From NCBI GenBank assembly GCA_046350375.1, contig JAXMAO010000008.1, forward strand, positions 416 through 64,415: 64,000 nucleotides of DNA, in the 5' to 3' direction. The notes below the pieces were generated by a model, which made no database searches, was not told the origin of the DNA, and was given only the letters and a program-made list of their open reading frames with translations. Source of the DNA: Phycisphaerae bacterium (GTDB taxonomy: Bacteria; Planctomycetota; Phycisphaerae; UBA1845; UTPLA1). This document shows, one piece after another, positions 18,949 to 28,835 of the stretch; within the stretch, counting starts at the first letter, position 1; every line of letters begins with the position of its first letter. A program made the translations under genes and the position numbers.

Positions 18949-20698
18949 CTACTCTTCCTTCGAGTCCTCTTCGGAGGGCGTTTCGTCGTCCTTGCCGTCG
19001 GTCGATTCGTCCTCCGTCGCCGGCCTGGTGGGGGCGGAGGTGGCGGTCGCGGGCGGCGTGGCGGCGGCCGGCGAGTGGGGCGTCTCGGTCGAAGCGGCGG
19101 CGGGCGGCGCGGTGCTCTTGCTGGCGAAGGGATCAACCGCCGGCGGCGGCGCGGCCGGGCGGCTGGTCGGCCTGGCCGGCAGGCGCGGCGACTTCTGCTT
19201 CGCGACGGCCTCGGCCGCCTCGTCGTGCAATGCGTCGGCGACCTCGGTCGATCGCAGGTAGGGCGCGTCGACCGAGCGCAGGCAGACGACGTTGCCGCGC
19301 TTGTCGGCGGCGAAGATCGCGGGCGGGTCGGCGGTCGCGCTCACGAACGAGAAGGCGGCGATCAGCAGCGTTGCGCCGGCGGGCTGGCCGGTGCGTGCGT
19401 CGAGCCGCGTCAGCGCCGGCGATTCGAGCGCCGCGCCGCGGGCCGGGGCGTCGGCGACGGCGACATAGACGTATTCGCCGATCCGCGTCAGCAGTGACAG
19501 TCCCGGTTCATGACGCCAGCGGCGTTCGCCGGACGAGCGCTCCAGCGCCACCACGCCTTCGCCGGGAACGTATTGGGCGACCAGGTCGCCGCTGGGCACC
19601 GGCGAGGTCACCAGCTCGGCGTCGAACCGCTGTCGCCACGCCCGCCGGCCGTTGGCGGTCCGCAGGGCATAGACGGGCGATCGGTGCTGGAGACGAACAG
19701 CAGGTCGCGCGAGAGGGCCGGCTTCGCGAAGATTGGCCCCTCGGTCTTGAAGGGCTCGGGCCACGAGCCGGTGCGGTCGCGGGCGTTGACCTTGGTCACC
19801 TGGCCGTTCTGCCCGGCGAGATAAAGCTGCTCGCCGTCGATGAGCGGCTCGGCGGAGATGGTCTTGGGGGTCAGCAGTTCCTATGCGCGATAGCCGCCGA
19901 TGATTTCGAGCGAGTAGAAGCCGCTGGTTGGCCGCCGTAGTAGACGTTCTGCCCGTCGGCGACGGCGGCGGAGCTGGACGAGTTCGGCAGGCGGAGCTGG
20001 TCGATCGGCAGCTCGATGGACGCGCTGGCGGCGTCGCCGGCGCGCGGCAGATTGCCCTGGTCGAGCTCGGTGAAGCGCCCGGTCGATTCGCGCTCGCGGA
20101 CAATCTCGCAGCGCAGGGCGGCAATCGGCGCGTTGGCCTGACCGACGTCGCCGCCGCGGCGGATTTCGAGCACGTCGCCGGGCGAGACGCCGTGCAGCCG
20201 ACCGAGGCTGACGTCGGCGCGGTCGCCGCGGACCTCGATGAGCGTGCCCTTGAGATTGCGCGGCTCGCCGGCGAACCGGCCGGTCTGGCGGTCGACCAGG
20301 CGGATGGCGGTGGTCGACGTGAAGACGGCGTGTTTCTGCGTGTGGGTGGGTCCGCGGAGAGTCTGGCCAGGCGCGGCGACCTCGCGCGACCAGCGGACGA
20401 CGCCGGTGGGTGCGTGCAGGCAGTAGGCGCGGTTGTCGGCGGTGAGCAGGTAGACGTTGTCGTCGATCACGACCATCCGCTCGATCCAGTCGGCGGCTGG
20501 TAGAGAGATTCGTGTTTGCCAGTAGGTTTGCAGGCCGATCGGCGCCAGGCCGGACTGCGGGATGAGTTCGCCGGCGGGTGTGCGTGCGGCGGAGAGCAGC
20601 GCCGCGCCGAGCGTGACGGCGATGGCGGCACGTCGAGATCGGCGGGCAGGGACGGTGAGCGAGGCGATCGTCGATCGGCAGTTTTCGCGCGTCGGCAT
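18949..20698 (-). pseudogene. PQQ-like beta-propeller (BamB-like) secreted protein, reading frame disrupted (pseudogene or assembly errors)
   Basis: Consecutive parts lie in three minus-strand frames. The first is ORF 19871..20770 (ATG 20698 with GGAG upstream; ...NVYLLTADNRAYCLHAPTGVVRWS...). The middle piece includes ORF 19608..19799 (AEPLIDGEQLYLAGQNGQVTKVNARDRTGSWPEPF...LLFVSSTDRP). The last is the 3' part of ORF 18949..20124 (VYALRTANGRRAWRQRF... to the acidic tail DESTDGKDDETPSEEDSKEE). Lesions are a frame change near 19926..19934, an in-frame TAG at complement 19881..19883, and a frame change in a G run near 19674..19678. The 1750-nt length is not a multiple of 3. Confidence 0.6.
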
Positions 20699-20823
20699 CC
20701 GGAAGGCTCCGAACAATGGACCGGAAGGTATATCGGTCGGGTCGGCGTGGCAGGACGGGCCGGAGGTCACGAGCGGCCGTCCGCGTCGGCCGGGGCGTAC
20801 AGGGAGGCCCCCGTTCGAGGCCT

Positions 20824-20853
20824 AAGATAGTGATTTTTCCGCAGTTAAGTCAA
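20824..20853 (-). promoter_or_regulatory. candidate sigma70-type promoter for the propeller gene
   Basis: The minus strand reads TTGACT (20853..20848), an 18-nt spacer, then TATCTT (20829..20824), in a local AT-rich island. Confidence 0.35.
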
Positions 20854-21062
20854 GGCGTGCGGGGCCGGTCGCGGGCGGTCAGCGCGGTGCGCGGTGGCGA
20901 CCGCAGCGCGAAAGACTATGATGATGTGGGGCGGCGGCTGTGAAAGCAGCGCCGGATTGATCGGCAAACAAGACCGCAAGCCGCGATCGGGGGCGGCCGA
21001 TAAAGCTTTGCGCTTGGGATGGTTGTCGAGGTCGAGCGGGCCTGCGAGGCGCATTTTTTGCC

Positions 21063-21091
21063 TTGCAAAAAGGGGTCTGATTTGGCATACT
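21063..21091 (+). promoter_or_regulatory. candidate sigma70-type promoter (extended -10) for the coiled-coil gene / mreB unit
   Basis: TTGCAA (21063..21068), a 17-nt spacer ending in TGG, then CATACT (21086..21091). This would give a ~160-nt leader before the GTG at 21261. Confidence 0.35.
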
Positions 21092-21260
21092 GCGGCGGTC
21101 AATCCTGGAGGGGATTGCCTCACAGACCAGCCTGCAATGGTGCATGGCGGCGGCCCAAGGCTGCTGCCGGCGCAAGGTTCCGACCTGACAACAGTTTGCG
21201 TGCCCGGGACGGCTTTGGCTGGATGCCAGCGCGCTTCCCCGACGACGATGGAGCACACCC

Positions 21261-22190
21261 GTGAGTATTCTGACGAAAGTGTTCCTGGTGCTGGTGGCGG
21301 TGCTGTCGATCGCGTTGTCGACGCTCACGATTGCGGCCAACAGCCTGTCGCACAGCTGGAAGAAGTCAGCCGAAGACTGGAAGGCCGCGGCGATGGCCGC
21401 CTCGGCCGCCGAGCGATCGACCGCGGTGCAGGCCAAGCTGACCCATGAGCAGGACCTCGACAAGCTGCGGCGGATGTCGGCCGAGCTTGAGAAGAGCAAG
21501 TCCGAGGGGCTCGAAGTGCGGCAGGACCTCGAGGCCAAGTCGCTCGAACTGGCCCAGGCCCAGAGCCAGAACAGCGGGCTGACGTCGAACGTGACCGGCC
21601 TGCGCGAGACGCTCGGCATGGTCAGCTCGCAGTTTGCCCGCGAGCAGGAATTCAGCCGCAAGATCGCGGCGCGGAATGCCGAACTCGAGCGCCGCAACAT
21701 CGACCTGTCGGATCGCACCAAGGAGCTGACCACGGCGCTGGCCATGGCGACCACGCAGGTGCGCGCCCTGCAGCAGCAGCTCGCCGCGGTGGAAGAGGGT
21801 CGCGGCGGCGCGGCGGTGGGCGCGGCGCCGGGGTCTGGCGGTCTGCAGGCCGGCCCGGCGGCCGGGAGCGGCGCGGTGGTCGAGGCGTTCCAGCCGTCGC
21901 CGGACACTTCGGCGATCGCCAGCGTGACGGCGCCAATCCGCGGGACGGTGACCGGCATCCGCGGGAACATCTGCGGCATCAGCGTCGGCTCGGCGGACGG
22001 CGTGTCGCCGGGCATGCGGTTTCTGATTCACCGCTCCGGCGGCGGGGCCAGCGGCTCGCAGTATGTCGGGACGCTGCAGATCGCCCGGGTGGAGGCGAAC
22101 GAGTCGGCCGGCACGCTCATTCGTTCGTCGGGTGACATTCGGAACGGGGACCAGGCCACGGACGAGGCCAGCTTTGCCATGAGGCGCTAG
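21261..22190 (+). CDS. membrane-anchored coiled-coil protein with C-terminal beta-rich module, unknown function
   Basis: GTG start with GGAG 10 nt upstream. It has an N-terminal TM helix (ILTKVFLVLVAVLSIALSTLTIA) and ~150 aa of heptad-like coiled coil (LDKLRRMSAELEKSKSEGLEVRQDLEAKSLELAQAQ...). A Gly/Ala linker follows, then the module IRGTVTGIRGNICGISVGSADGVSPGMRFLIHR...VGTLQIARVEANESAGTL. Confidence 0.7.
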   Translation: MSILTKVFLVLVAVLSIALSTLTIAANSLSHSWKKSAEDWKAAAMAASAAERSTAVQAKLTHEQDLDKLRRMSAELEKSKSEGLEVRQDLEAKSLELAQAQSQNSGLTSNVTGLRETLGMVSSQFAREQEFSRKIAARNAELERRNIDLSDRTKELTTALAMATTQVRALQQQLAAVEEGRGGAAVGAAPGSGGLQAGPAAGSGAVVEAFQPSPDTSAIASVTAPIRGTVTGIRGNICGISVGSADGVSPGMRFLIHRSGGGASGSQYVGTLQIARVEANESAGTLIRSSGDIRNGDQATDEASFAMRR

Positions 22191-22194
22191 GCGC

Positions 22195-22365
22195 ATGTCG
22201 CAGCTTCCGAGCATTCCGGGCCGGGCGACGCGCTCTCGAACCGAGAGCGACGTTTACTCCGTCCTGTCGGTGATCGCGGCCGTGTTTCTGTGCGGCGCGG
22301 TCGTCTTCCTGGTCATTCGGCTGCTGAGCCTGTACGGCACGGTCCTGCCTCCGGCCGGCGGTTGA
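22195..22365 (+). CDS. 56-aa single-pass membrane micro-protein (not in supplied track)
   Basis: Own translation: MSQLPSIPGRATRSRTESDVYSVLSVIAAVFLCGAVVFLVIRLLSLYGTVLPPAGG*. The ATG lies 4 nt after the stop of the coiled-coil gene. Third codon positions are G/C-rich and there is one clear TM helix. Confidence 0.4.
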   Translation: MSQLPSIPGRATRSRTESDVYSVLSVIAAVFLCGAVVFLVIRLLSLYGTVLPPAGG

Positions 22366-22551
22366 CTCCGGCGGCAAACCTGATTCAAATCCCGCGCATC
22401 ACTCGCAGCCGCGGCCCGCTCCGGGCGGCGGCCGAGCTCGCATCGGAATGCACGAACCCTGGCGCCGGGCGCGGCGTCTGCCGGCGCGGAAGCGGCCCGG
22501 CGGGCGCGGCGCGGCCGGGTCGTTGCGACCCTGGGACGGGAAGCGGGACAC

Positions 22552-23604
22552 ATGCTCGAGTCGCTGCGGTCGCTGTTCACCATCGACATGGGGATCGACC
22601 TCGGCACGTGCAACACGCTCGTGTGCGTGAAGGGCGAGGGCATCGTCCTCAACGAGCCATCGGTGGTGGCCGTCAAGAAAGGCACCAACAAGGTCCTGAA
22701 CGGCGGCAACGCGGTCGGCCTGGTCGCCAAGGAAATGCTCGGCAAGACGCCGGGCAGCATCACCGCCATCCGGCCGCTGAAGGATGGCGTGATCGCCGAC
22801 TTCGACATCACCGAGGCGATGCTGGGCTATTTCATCCGCAAGGCCAAGGGCAACCGCGCGCGGATCGTCAGCCCGCGCGTGGTGATCGCCGTTCCGTCGG
22901 GCATCACGGCGGTCGAGAAGCGGGCCGTCTACGGCTCGGCCGAGCGGGCGGGGGCGCGGCGCGTCTACCTGGTCGAGGAGCCGATGGCCGCCGGCATCGG
23001 CGCCGGGCTGCCGATCGCCGAGGCGACCGCGAGCATGATCGTCGACATCGGCGGAGGCACGACCGAGGTGGCGATCATGTCGCTGGCGGACATCTCGGTG
23101 AGCGAGTCGCTGCGCGTCGCGGGCGATGACCTGGACGAGGCGGTCATCAACTACATGAAGCGCACCTACAACATGCACATCGGGCCGCTGACGGCCGAGC
23201 AGCTCAAGATCGAGATCGGCTCGGCGGCGCCGTCGGCCGAGGAGAACAGCCGCGAGATCCGCGGTCGCGACATGATCAGCGGCCTGCCGCGCAAGACGGT
23301 CGTCACCAGCCAGGAGGTGCGCGAGTCGCTGCGCGAGCCGGTCAACCAGATTGTCGAGGCCGTCACGCGGACGCTGGAACGGGCCGAGCCCGAGCTGGCG
23401 GCCGACCTGGTGGAGAACGGGATCCACCTGGCCGGCGGCGGGGCGCTGCTGCGCGGGCTGGACCGGGTCATCAGCGAGGCGACCGGGCTGCCGGTGAAGA
23501 TTGTCGACGATCCGCTCTCGTGCGTGGCGCGCGGCACGAGCGTTTACCTCGAACATCTGGCCGATTGGAAGGACACGCTCGAGAGCGACGAGGACGATTA
23601 TTGA
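22552..23604 (+). CDS. mreB: rod-shape determining actin homologue MreB
   Basis: DMGIDLGTCNTLVCVKGEGIVLNEPSVVAV..., IRPLKDGVIADFD, VVIAVPSGIT.VE.RAV, IVDIGGGTTEVAI, HLAGGGALLRGLD. Confidence 0.95.
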   Translation: MLESLRSLFTIDMGIDLGTCNTLVCVKGEGIVLNEPSVVAVKKGTNKVLNGGNAVGLVAKEMLGKTPGSITAIRPLKDGVIADFDITEAMLGYFIRKAKGNRARIVSPRVVIAVPSGITAVEKRAVYGSAERAGARRVYLVEEPMAAGIGAGLPIAEATASMIVDIGGGTTEVAIMSLADISVSESLRVAGDDLDEAVINYMKRTYNMHIGPLTAEQLKIEIGSAAPSAEENSREIRGRDMISGLPRKTVVTSQEVRESLREPVNQIVEAVTRTLERAEPELAADLVENGIHLAGGGALLRGLDRVISEATGLPVKIVDDPLSCVARGTSVYLEHLADWKDTLESDEDDY

Positions 23605-23618
23605 GCCGACGCCGCTGC

Positions 23619-24435
23619 CTAGGCCGCGGGAATGTCGCGTCGAACGAACCATGCCAGTCCCGCGCTCCAGGCGACCAGCGCCACCCCCAGCAGGACCAGC
23701 ACATCGCCGATCGGCCAGCCGTTGCTGCGGATGAGCGGCAGCGGCTGGTAGTAGTGGAACAGGCAGGCGCGCAGGATCGGCGCCGGCAGCTTCCAGAACG
23801 ACGACAGGAACAGAATCAGCATCGACGCCAGCACGACCGCCAGCACGGCGCCCACCGCGACTCCGCGCCGCACGCAGACGGCGGAGATGAGCGTCGCAAT
23901 GCCGCCGATCGCCAGCGTGAGCGCATACAGGTTGAGCGCCGGGCGCCACAGGCGGTCGATGGCGATCGGGCCCCACAGCGGAAACCACGACTGGCCTAGC
24001 GCGATGCCGATCGGCGGCGCCAGGCACAGCGGCGCGGCCAGCGCCAGGAAAACGGCGCTGCTGCCGAGGTAGACGGTGACGCGGGAGACCGGCAGGGTCA
24101 GCAGCAGGTCGGCAGTGCCGCGGTCGATTTCGCCGGCAAAGGCCCGCGTCGCGGCGGCGATCAACGGCGACCAGCACAGGCCGAACAGCAGCGGATGGGC
24201 CAGGCCGATGGCCATGAGGGTGGTGGGGGTGAGATCGCGCGCCAGGTCGTAGCCGACCAGCATCTGCACCATGCGACGAATGGTCCTGTTTTCGAGCCAG
24301 ACGCGGCTGATGTCGGCCGAGAATTCGCCCATGGCGCGGACGAAGCCGACCTCGAAAATCATGACGCCCAGGAACGCGACCGCATAGGCGACCGCACACT
24401 CGCGGAGCGTCTTGGCGAGGATGCCGCGGTTCACG
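23619..24435 (-). CDS. ABC-2 type transporter permease
   Basis: This is the 3' part of ORF 23619..25133. A GTG at complement 24433..24435 (VNRGILAKTLRE...) overlaps the upstream ATPase stop by 5 nt. It has six hydrophobic helices. Confidence 0.72.
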
Positions 24436-25330
24436 GCGGGCCTCCTGTCGCGGACGGTTCGTAGTAGGCGAGGAACAGATCCTCCAGGTCCGGCGCGCCG
24501 ATCACCAGGTCGGCCAGCGGACAACGGGCCAGCCAGGCCAGCAGCGGGTCGAGCGGACCGACCCAGGTGGCGCTGAGCCGTTCGGCCGATCGGGAGCGCA
24601 GCAGCAGGCCGTGCGGCAGCGGCTCGGGCAGCGGCTGGTGGTCGCGCGCGGCGAGCTCGATGCGTCGCAGCGCCTTGCGGCGCAGCGTGGCGATCGCGTC
24701 CTGCTCGACCAGCTTTCCGTCGCGGAGGATGGCGACGCGTTCGCACAGCTCGTCCACCTCGCTGAGCGTGTGGCTCGAAAACAGGACGGTCCGGCCGTCG
24801 GCGACGACGCGGCGGAGTTCGGCGAACAGCGTGCGGCGCACGAGCGGATCGAGTGCCGCGGTCGGCTCGTCGAGAATGAGCAGGGCGGGCTTGTGCATCA
24901 GCGCCTGGATCAGCCCGAGCTTTTGCTTCATGCCGTGCGAGCAGATCCGCACGCGCTTGGAGAGGTCGAGGTCGAACGCCGCCGCCAGCCGGCGGATCTC
25001 GTCGCGGCTGTCGCGGCCGCGCACGGCGTCGAGCATGCCAAGTGTCTGCCGGCCGGTCAGCCGTTCGTAGAAGCGGATGTCGCCCGCCAGGTAACCGACT
25101 TCGCGGCGCAGCGCCGCGCCGGCGCGCCAGCAATCGCGCCCGGCAATCGCGGCGCTGCCGGCCGAGGGGCGCAGCAGCCCCAGCAGGGTGCGCAGCAGCG
25201 TGGTCTTGCCGGCCCCGTTGGGCCCGAGCAGGCCACAGCAGACTCCTGGCTCGACGCGCAGAGTGACGGCGTCGAGCGCGGTGCGGTCGCCGTAGCGCTT
25301 GGTCAGTGCGTGGGTTTCCAGCGCGACCAT
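24431..25330 (-). CDS. ABC transporter ATP-binding protein (ABC-2/drug-exporter type)
   Basis: This is the 3' end of the composite ORF 24431..28147, starting at the ATG at complement 25328..25330: MVALETHALTKRYGDRTALD..., Walker A GPNGAGKTT, signature SHGMKQKLGLIQAL, Walker B LLILDEPTAALD. Confidence 0.9.
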   Translation of the reverse strand: MVALETHALTKRYGDRTALDAVTLRVEPGVCCGLLGPNGAGKTTLLRTLLGLLRPSAGSAAIAGRDCWRAGAALRREVGYLAGDIRFYERLTGRQTLGMLDAVRGRDSRDEIRRLAAAFDLDLSKRVRICSHGMKQKLGLIQALMHKPALLILDEPTAALDPLVRRTLFAELRRVVADGRTVLFSSHTLSEVDELCERVAILRDGKLVEQDAIATLRRKALRRIELAARDHQPLPEPLPHGLLLRSRSAERLSATWVGPLDPLLAWLARCPLADLVIGAPDLEDLFLAYYEPSATGGPP

Positions 25331-25435
25331 GCGGCTATTAGACCGCGCTGCGACGCGGCGGACCATTCTCGCGGCGAGCGTGTCACCGCGAAGAATGAAG
25401 TCGCGCCGTTTCGCATCGCGTGTCCAGGCGCGATA

Positions 25436-27211
25436 ATGGTCGGCATGATCGCACACTCGCGGACCGGGAATCGATTGACAGGGCTGGCGGTCGGTCTGGG
25501 CATCGCCTTCGCGGCGCGGGCGGCCAGTCCGCCCGTCGTTGCGGCACAGCCGGCGAGCAGCCAGCCGGCGGGCGGAATCGCGCCGGTGATCCGCGCGGTG
25601 GACCTGATTGTCACGAACTGTCGAATCTGGACCGGCGACCCGCGCCAGCCGCGGGCCGAGGCGTTTGGCGTGTCGCGCGGCCGGATCGCGATGGTCGGCT
25701 CGCGCGAGATGGTGGCTCGCTTCAAGACGCCCAACTGCCGCGTCATCGACCTGGGCGGGCGAAACGTGCTGCCGGGGCTGATCGACGCGCACGTGCACCT
25801 GGTGAGCGGCGGTCTGTCGCTGTCGCGGCTGCCGCTGCGCGACGTGCGCGACTACGACGAATTCGTGCGGCGCGTCCGCCAGGCGGTGAGCGATCGCAAT
25901 CTGGGCGCCGACGACTGGCTGATCGGCCGCGGCTGGACCACCGAGAGCTGGCCGAAACAGGTGCCGCTGACGCGCGCCGCGATTGATTTTCCGGGCGGCG
26001 TAAAGATTCTGCTCTATCGCATGGACGGCCACTGCGCGCTGGCCAACAGCGCCGCGCTGGCCGCGGCGGGGCTGAACGGCGCGGACGCGGCGGCTCCGCC
26101 CGGCGGCGTGATCGAGCGCGACGCGGCCCGCGCTGCGACCGGCATTCTGAAAGACGCGGCGATCGACGCAGTGGAGCGCGTCATTCCCAAGGCGACACCC
26201 GCCGAGCAGGAGGCCGCCGTGCGGGCGGCGATGCAGCTGGCCAACTCGTTCGGGCTGACGGCGGTGGGGGCGATGACCGAATGGGACGAATTGGACGCGC
26301 TGCGGCGCGTGCACGACGTCGGGCAGGACACGCTGCGCGTCGCGGTCTATGTGCAGGAGAAGGTGTGGCAGGAGTTCGCCGATCGGGTGCACGACTTTCC
26401 GGTGCACGACGAACGGCTGTGGATCGCCGGGTTCAAGGCCTACATGGACGGCTCGCTCGGGTCGCGCACGGCCTACATGCACGCGCCGTATGCCGACCGG
26501 CCCGGCGAGCGCGGCCTGATGGCCAGCGGCGACGGCACGCTCGACCGGCTGCGGGTCAACGTTGCCACGGCGCGGGCGACGGGGATGCAGGCGGCGGTGC
26601 ACGCCATCGGCGACCAGGCGAACCACGAGATACTCGACCTGTACGAGGCGGCCGGCGCGGCGCCGCACCGCTCGTTCCGCCCGCGGATCGAGCATGTCCA
26701 GCACCTGCTGCCGGCGGACGTGGCGCGGTTCGGCCGGCTGGGGGTGGTTGCGTCGATGCAGCCGCTGCACAAGGCCGACGACGCGCGCTACGCCGAGGCG
26801 GCGCTGGGCGTGGAGCGCTGCAAGACGAGCTACGCCTTTCACGACCTGCACGCGGCGGGTGCGACGCTGGCCTTCGGCAGCGACTGGCCGGTGGTGAGCC
26901 TGAATCCGTGGCTGGGGGTGCACGTGGCGGTGACGGGCGTGACGCTGTCGGGCCAGCCGTGGATGACGCAGCAGAACCTGGGTGTGGCGGATGCGCTGAC
27001 GGCGTATTCCGGTGGCGCGGCGTTCGCGTGCGGGGCCGAGGCGACACTCGGGCGGCTGGCGTCGGGCTGCTGGGCCGACTTTGTGGTGGTTGATCGCGAC
27101 CCGCTGACCTGTCCGCCGCGCGACCTGGCGAACGTGCGGGTGCTGGAGACCTACGTTGCCGGGCGGCGCGTCTGGCCGGCGCGGGTGAAGGTCTCGGAAG
27201 GCGGCCCCTAG
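25436..27211 (+). CDS. metal-dependent amidohydrolase (amidohydrolase-3 / YtcJ-like), secreted
   Basis: ATG at 25436 inside ORF 24611..27211. It has a signal peptide ([16 protein letters not shown]), [16 protein letters not shown] and EH.Q..., in a ~590-aa architecture typical of YtcJ-like hydrolases. Confidence 0.85.
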   Translation: MVGMIAHSRTGNRLTGLAVGLGIAFAARAASPPVVAAQPASSQPAGGIAPVIRAVDLIVTNCRIWTGDPRQPRAEAFGVSRGRIAMVGSREMVARFKTPNCRVIDLGGRNVLPGLIDAHVHLVSGGLSLSRLPLRDVRDYDEFVRRVRQAVSDRNLGADDWLIGRGWTTESWPKQVPLTRAAIDFPGGVKILLYRMDGHCALANSAALAAAGLNGADAAAPPGGVIERDAARAATGILKDAAIDAVERVIPKATPAEQEAAVRAAMQLANSFGLTAVGAMTEWDELDALRRVHDVGQDTLRVAVYVQEKVWQEFADRVHDFPVHDERLWIAGFKAYMDGSLGSRTAYMHAPYADRPGERGLMASGDGTLDRLRVNVATARATGMQAAVHAIGDQANHEILDLYEAAGAAPHRSFRPRIEHVQHLLPADVARFGRLGVVASMQPLHKADDARYAEAALGVERCKTSYAFHDLHAAGATLAFGSDWPVVSLNPWLGVHVAVTGVTLSGQPWMTQQNLGVADALTAYSGGAAFACGAEATLGRLASGCWADFVVVDRDPLTCPPRDLANVRVLETYVAGRRVWPARVKVSEGGP

Positions 27212-28147
27212 GCGCGGTTTTCGCGCGCGACCGCGGCGTTGCGCTGCCACATGGCAAGCGAGGCGCGGCGGGTGGCCGAGCCGGCAGTGGCCTGCTGATG
27301 GGCGGCGTCGTCCCAGGCGGCGATTTCGTCGAGCGCCGAATGCGGGCCGGGCGCGCGAATCGCGAAGCGCGGCTCGCGCGACAGCGGGGCGTCGCGATTG
27401 AACGGGCAGACCGCCTGGCAGATGTCGCATCCGAACAGCCAGTCGCCCAGCGCCGCGCGAAACTCGGCGTCGATATCGCCGCGTTGCTCGATGGTGAGGT
27501 AGGAGATGCAGCGGCGCGGGTCCATAGCGTACGGGGCCGGAAACGCGGCGGTGGGGCAGGCGTCCAGGCAGCGCGTGCAACTGCCGCAACGGTCGAGCGC
27601 CGGGGGGTCGGCGGCGATCTCGAGCGAGGTGAGCAGCACGCCGAGCACGGTGTAGGAGCCGAGCCGCCTCGCTGAGCACGAGCGTGTTCTTGCCGATCCA
27701 GCCGACGCCGGCCGCCGCTGCGAGTTCGCGCTCAACGATGGCCGACGTATCGACGCAGAGATAGGCCTCGAACGGCTCGGCGAGCGCGGCGCGGAGCCGC
27801 TCGATGAGGGTTTGGAGGCGCTCGCGCATCAGCCCGTGATAGTCGTCGCCCCAGGCGTACATGGCGACGCGGCCGCGTGGACGATTGTCGGGGGGCGCCG
27901 GCTCGCGCTGGTGATAGGAGAGCGCGACGACGACGACGCTGCGGGCCCAGGGGCACCAGGCGCGCGGGTCGAGCCGGCTGGCGCGGTAGCGGTAGAGATA
28001 GCCCATCGAGCCGGCGGCGCGGCGGTCGAGCCAGGCGCGGAGGTAGTCGCCGTGGGCGATCGGCCCGGCGGGGGCGACGCCGCAACGGTCGAAGCCGCAC
28101 TCGGCGGCCAGGCAGTGCAGGCGGTCGCGGCGCTGGTGGGGAGACAT
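27208..28147 (-). pseudogene. queG: epoxyqueuosine reductase QueG, interrupted by a 1-nt frame shift (pseudogene or assembly error)
   Basis: The N-terminal part is in the frame of ORF 24431..28147 (MSPHQRRDRLHCLAAECGFDRCGVA...[15 protein letters not shown]). The C-terminal part is in ORF 27208..27735 ([16 protein letters not shown]...[13 protein letters not shown]...CISYLTIE...[11 protein letters not shown]). Removing one G/C within 27661..27670 restores ...[16 protein letters not shown]... The 940-nt length is not a multiple of 3. Confidence 0.8.
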
Positions 28148-28224
28148 GGCGCGGTTCCGGGGGCGGCGATTGACTTGCGCGGCGCGAAATCATACCGTGG
28201 AGCGTTTGCGACACGGAGTGGCGT

Positions 28225-28662
28225 ATGCAATTCGATCACGACTGGTGGCACGGCGGGGGGCTGGAGCGCCACATCGCCGAGGCCAAGCGCCGCGCCACGC
28301 GGAACAAGTTTCCCAAGGCGGGCCTCGACAAGGGCGAGCCGCGCGGCGAGGCGGCGAAGTTTTTCGACGGGCTGGAGGCCCGCATCATTCTCTACCTGCG
28401 CGACAACGCGGTGTACGAAATCAAGGAACTGGCGTCGGTGGAGCGGACGAGCTACCTGACGTTCGAGTGCCTGTCGGCCGAGGAGGCCTATCGCGTGGGG
28501 GCGTTCGTGGTCGCCGTGCCGTATGACGAGATCGCGCGGGTCGAGATCTTCGCGGTGCACAAGTCGGAGAAGCCCGAGGAGAGCCCGCTCATCAAGGGAT
28601 TTGGCGCGGCCGGACCGCGGACCGTGGATCGCAAGCAGCCGCCGCCGGCGGAACCGGCCTGA
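28225..28662 (+). CDS. hypothetical cytoplasmic protein
   Basis: 145-aa ORF with good codon bias, no TM helix and no recognised family. Confidence 0.5.
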   Translation: MQFDHDWWHGGGLERHIAEAKRRATRNKFPKAGLDKGEPRGEAAKFFDGLEARIILYLRDNAVYEIKELASVERTSYLTFECLSAEEAYRVGAFVVAVPYDEIARVEIFAVHKSEKPEESPLIKGFGAAGPRTVDRKQPPPAEPA

Positions 28663-28835
28663 ACCGGGCCGATCCGACCCTCATTTGGCAAAAAAGAGGC
28701 TGGCGCGGCGCGTAAGCGCGGCGGAGGGAACTCGTTCGCTCTTGTGCCGGCGAGCGGCGCGCGACGGCTGCGCGACGCGCCGGCAAGTCGAGCCTAATCG
28801 TCGATCAGTAAACGATTTGCAGTGGGAGGACAGTC

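Noticed and set aside
20854-21062. Possible small RNA (SRP RNA, 6S, tmRNA) in the 490-bp divergent intergenic region
   Set aside because: I could not find the conserved SRP domain IV or tmRNA tag/acceptor motifs. The region is better explained by two divergent promoters and a long 5' leader. An Infernal scan would be needed to exclude an ncRNA.
24431-28147. 1238-aa minus-strand ORF
   Set aside because: It is a composite read-through. Only its 5' end (the QueG N-terminus) and its 3' end (the ABC ATPase) are real coding sequence. The middle ~1.8 kb is antisense to the amidohydrolase gene and translates to Arg/Pro-rich nonsense.
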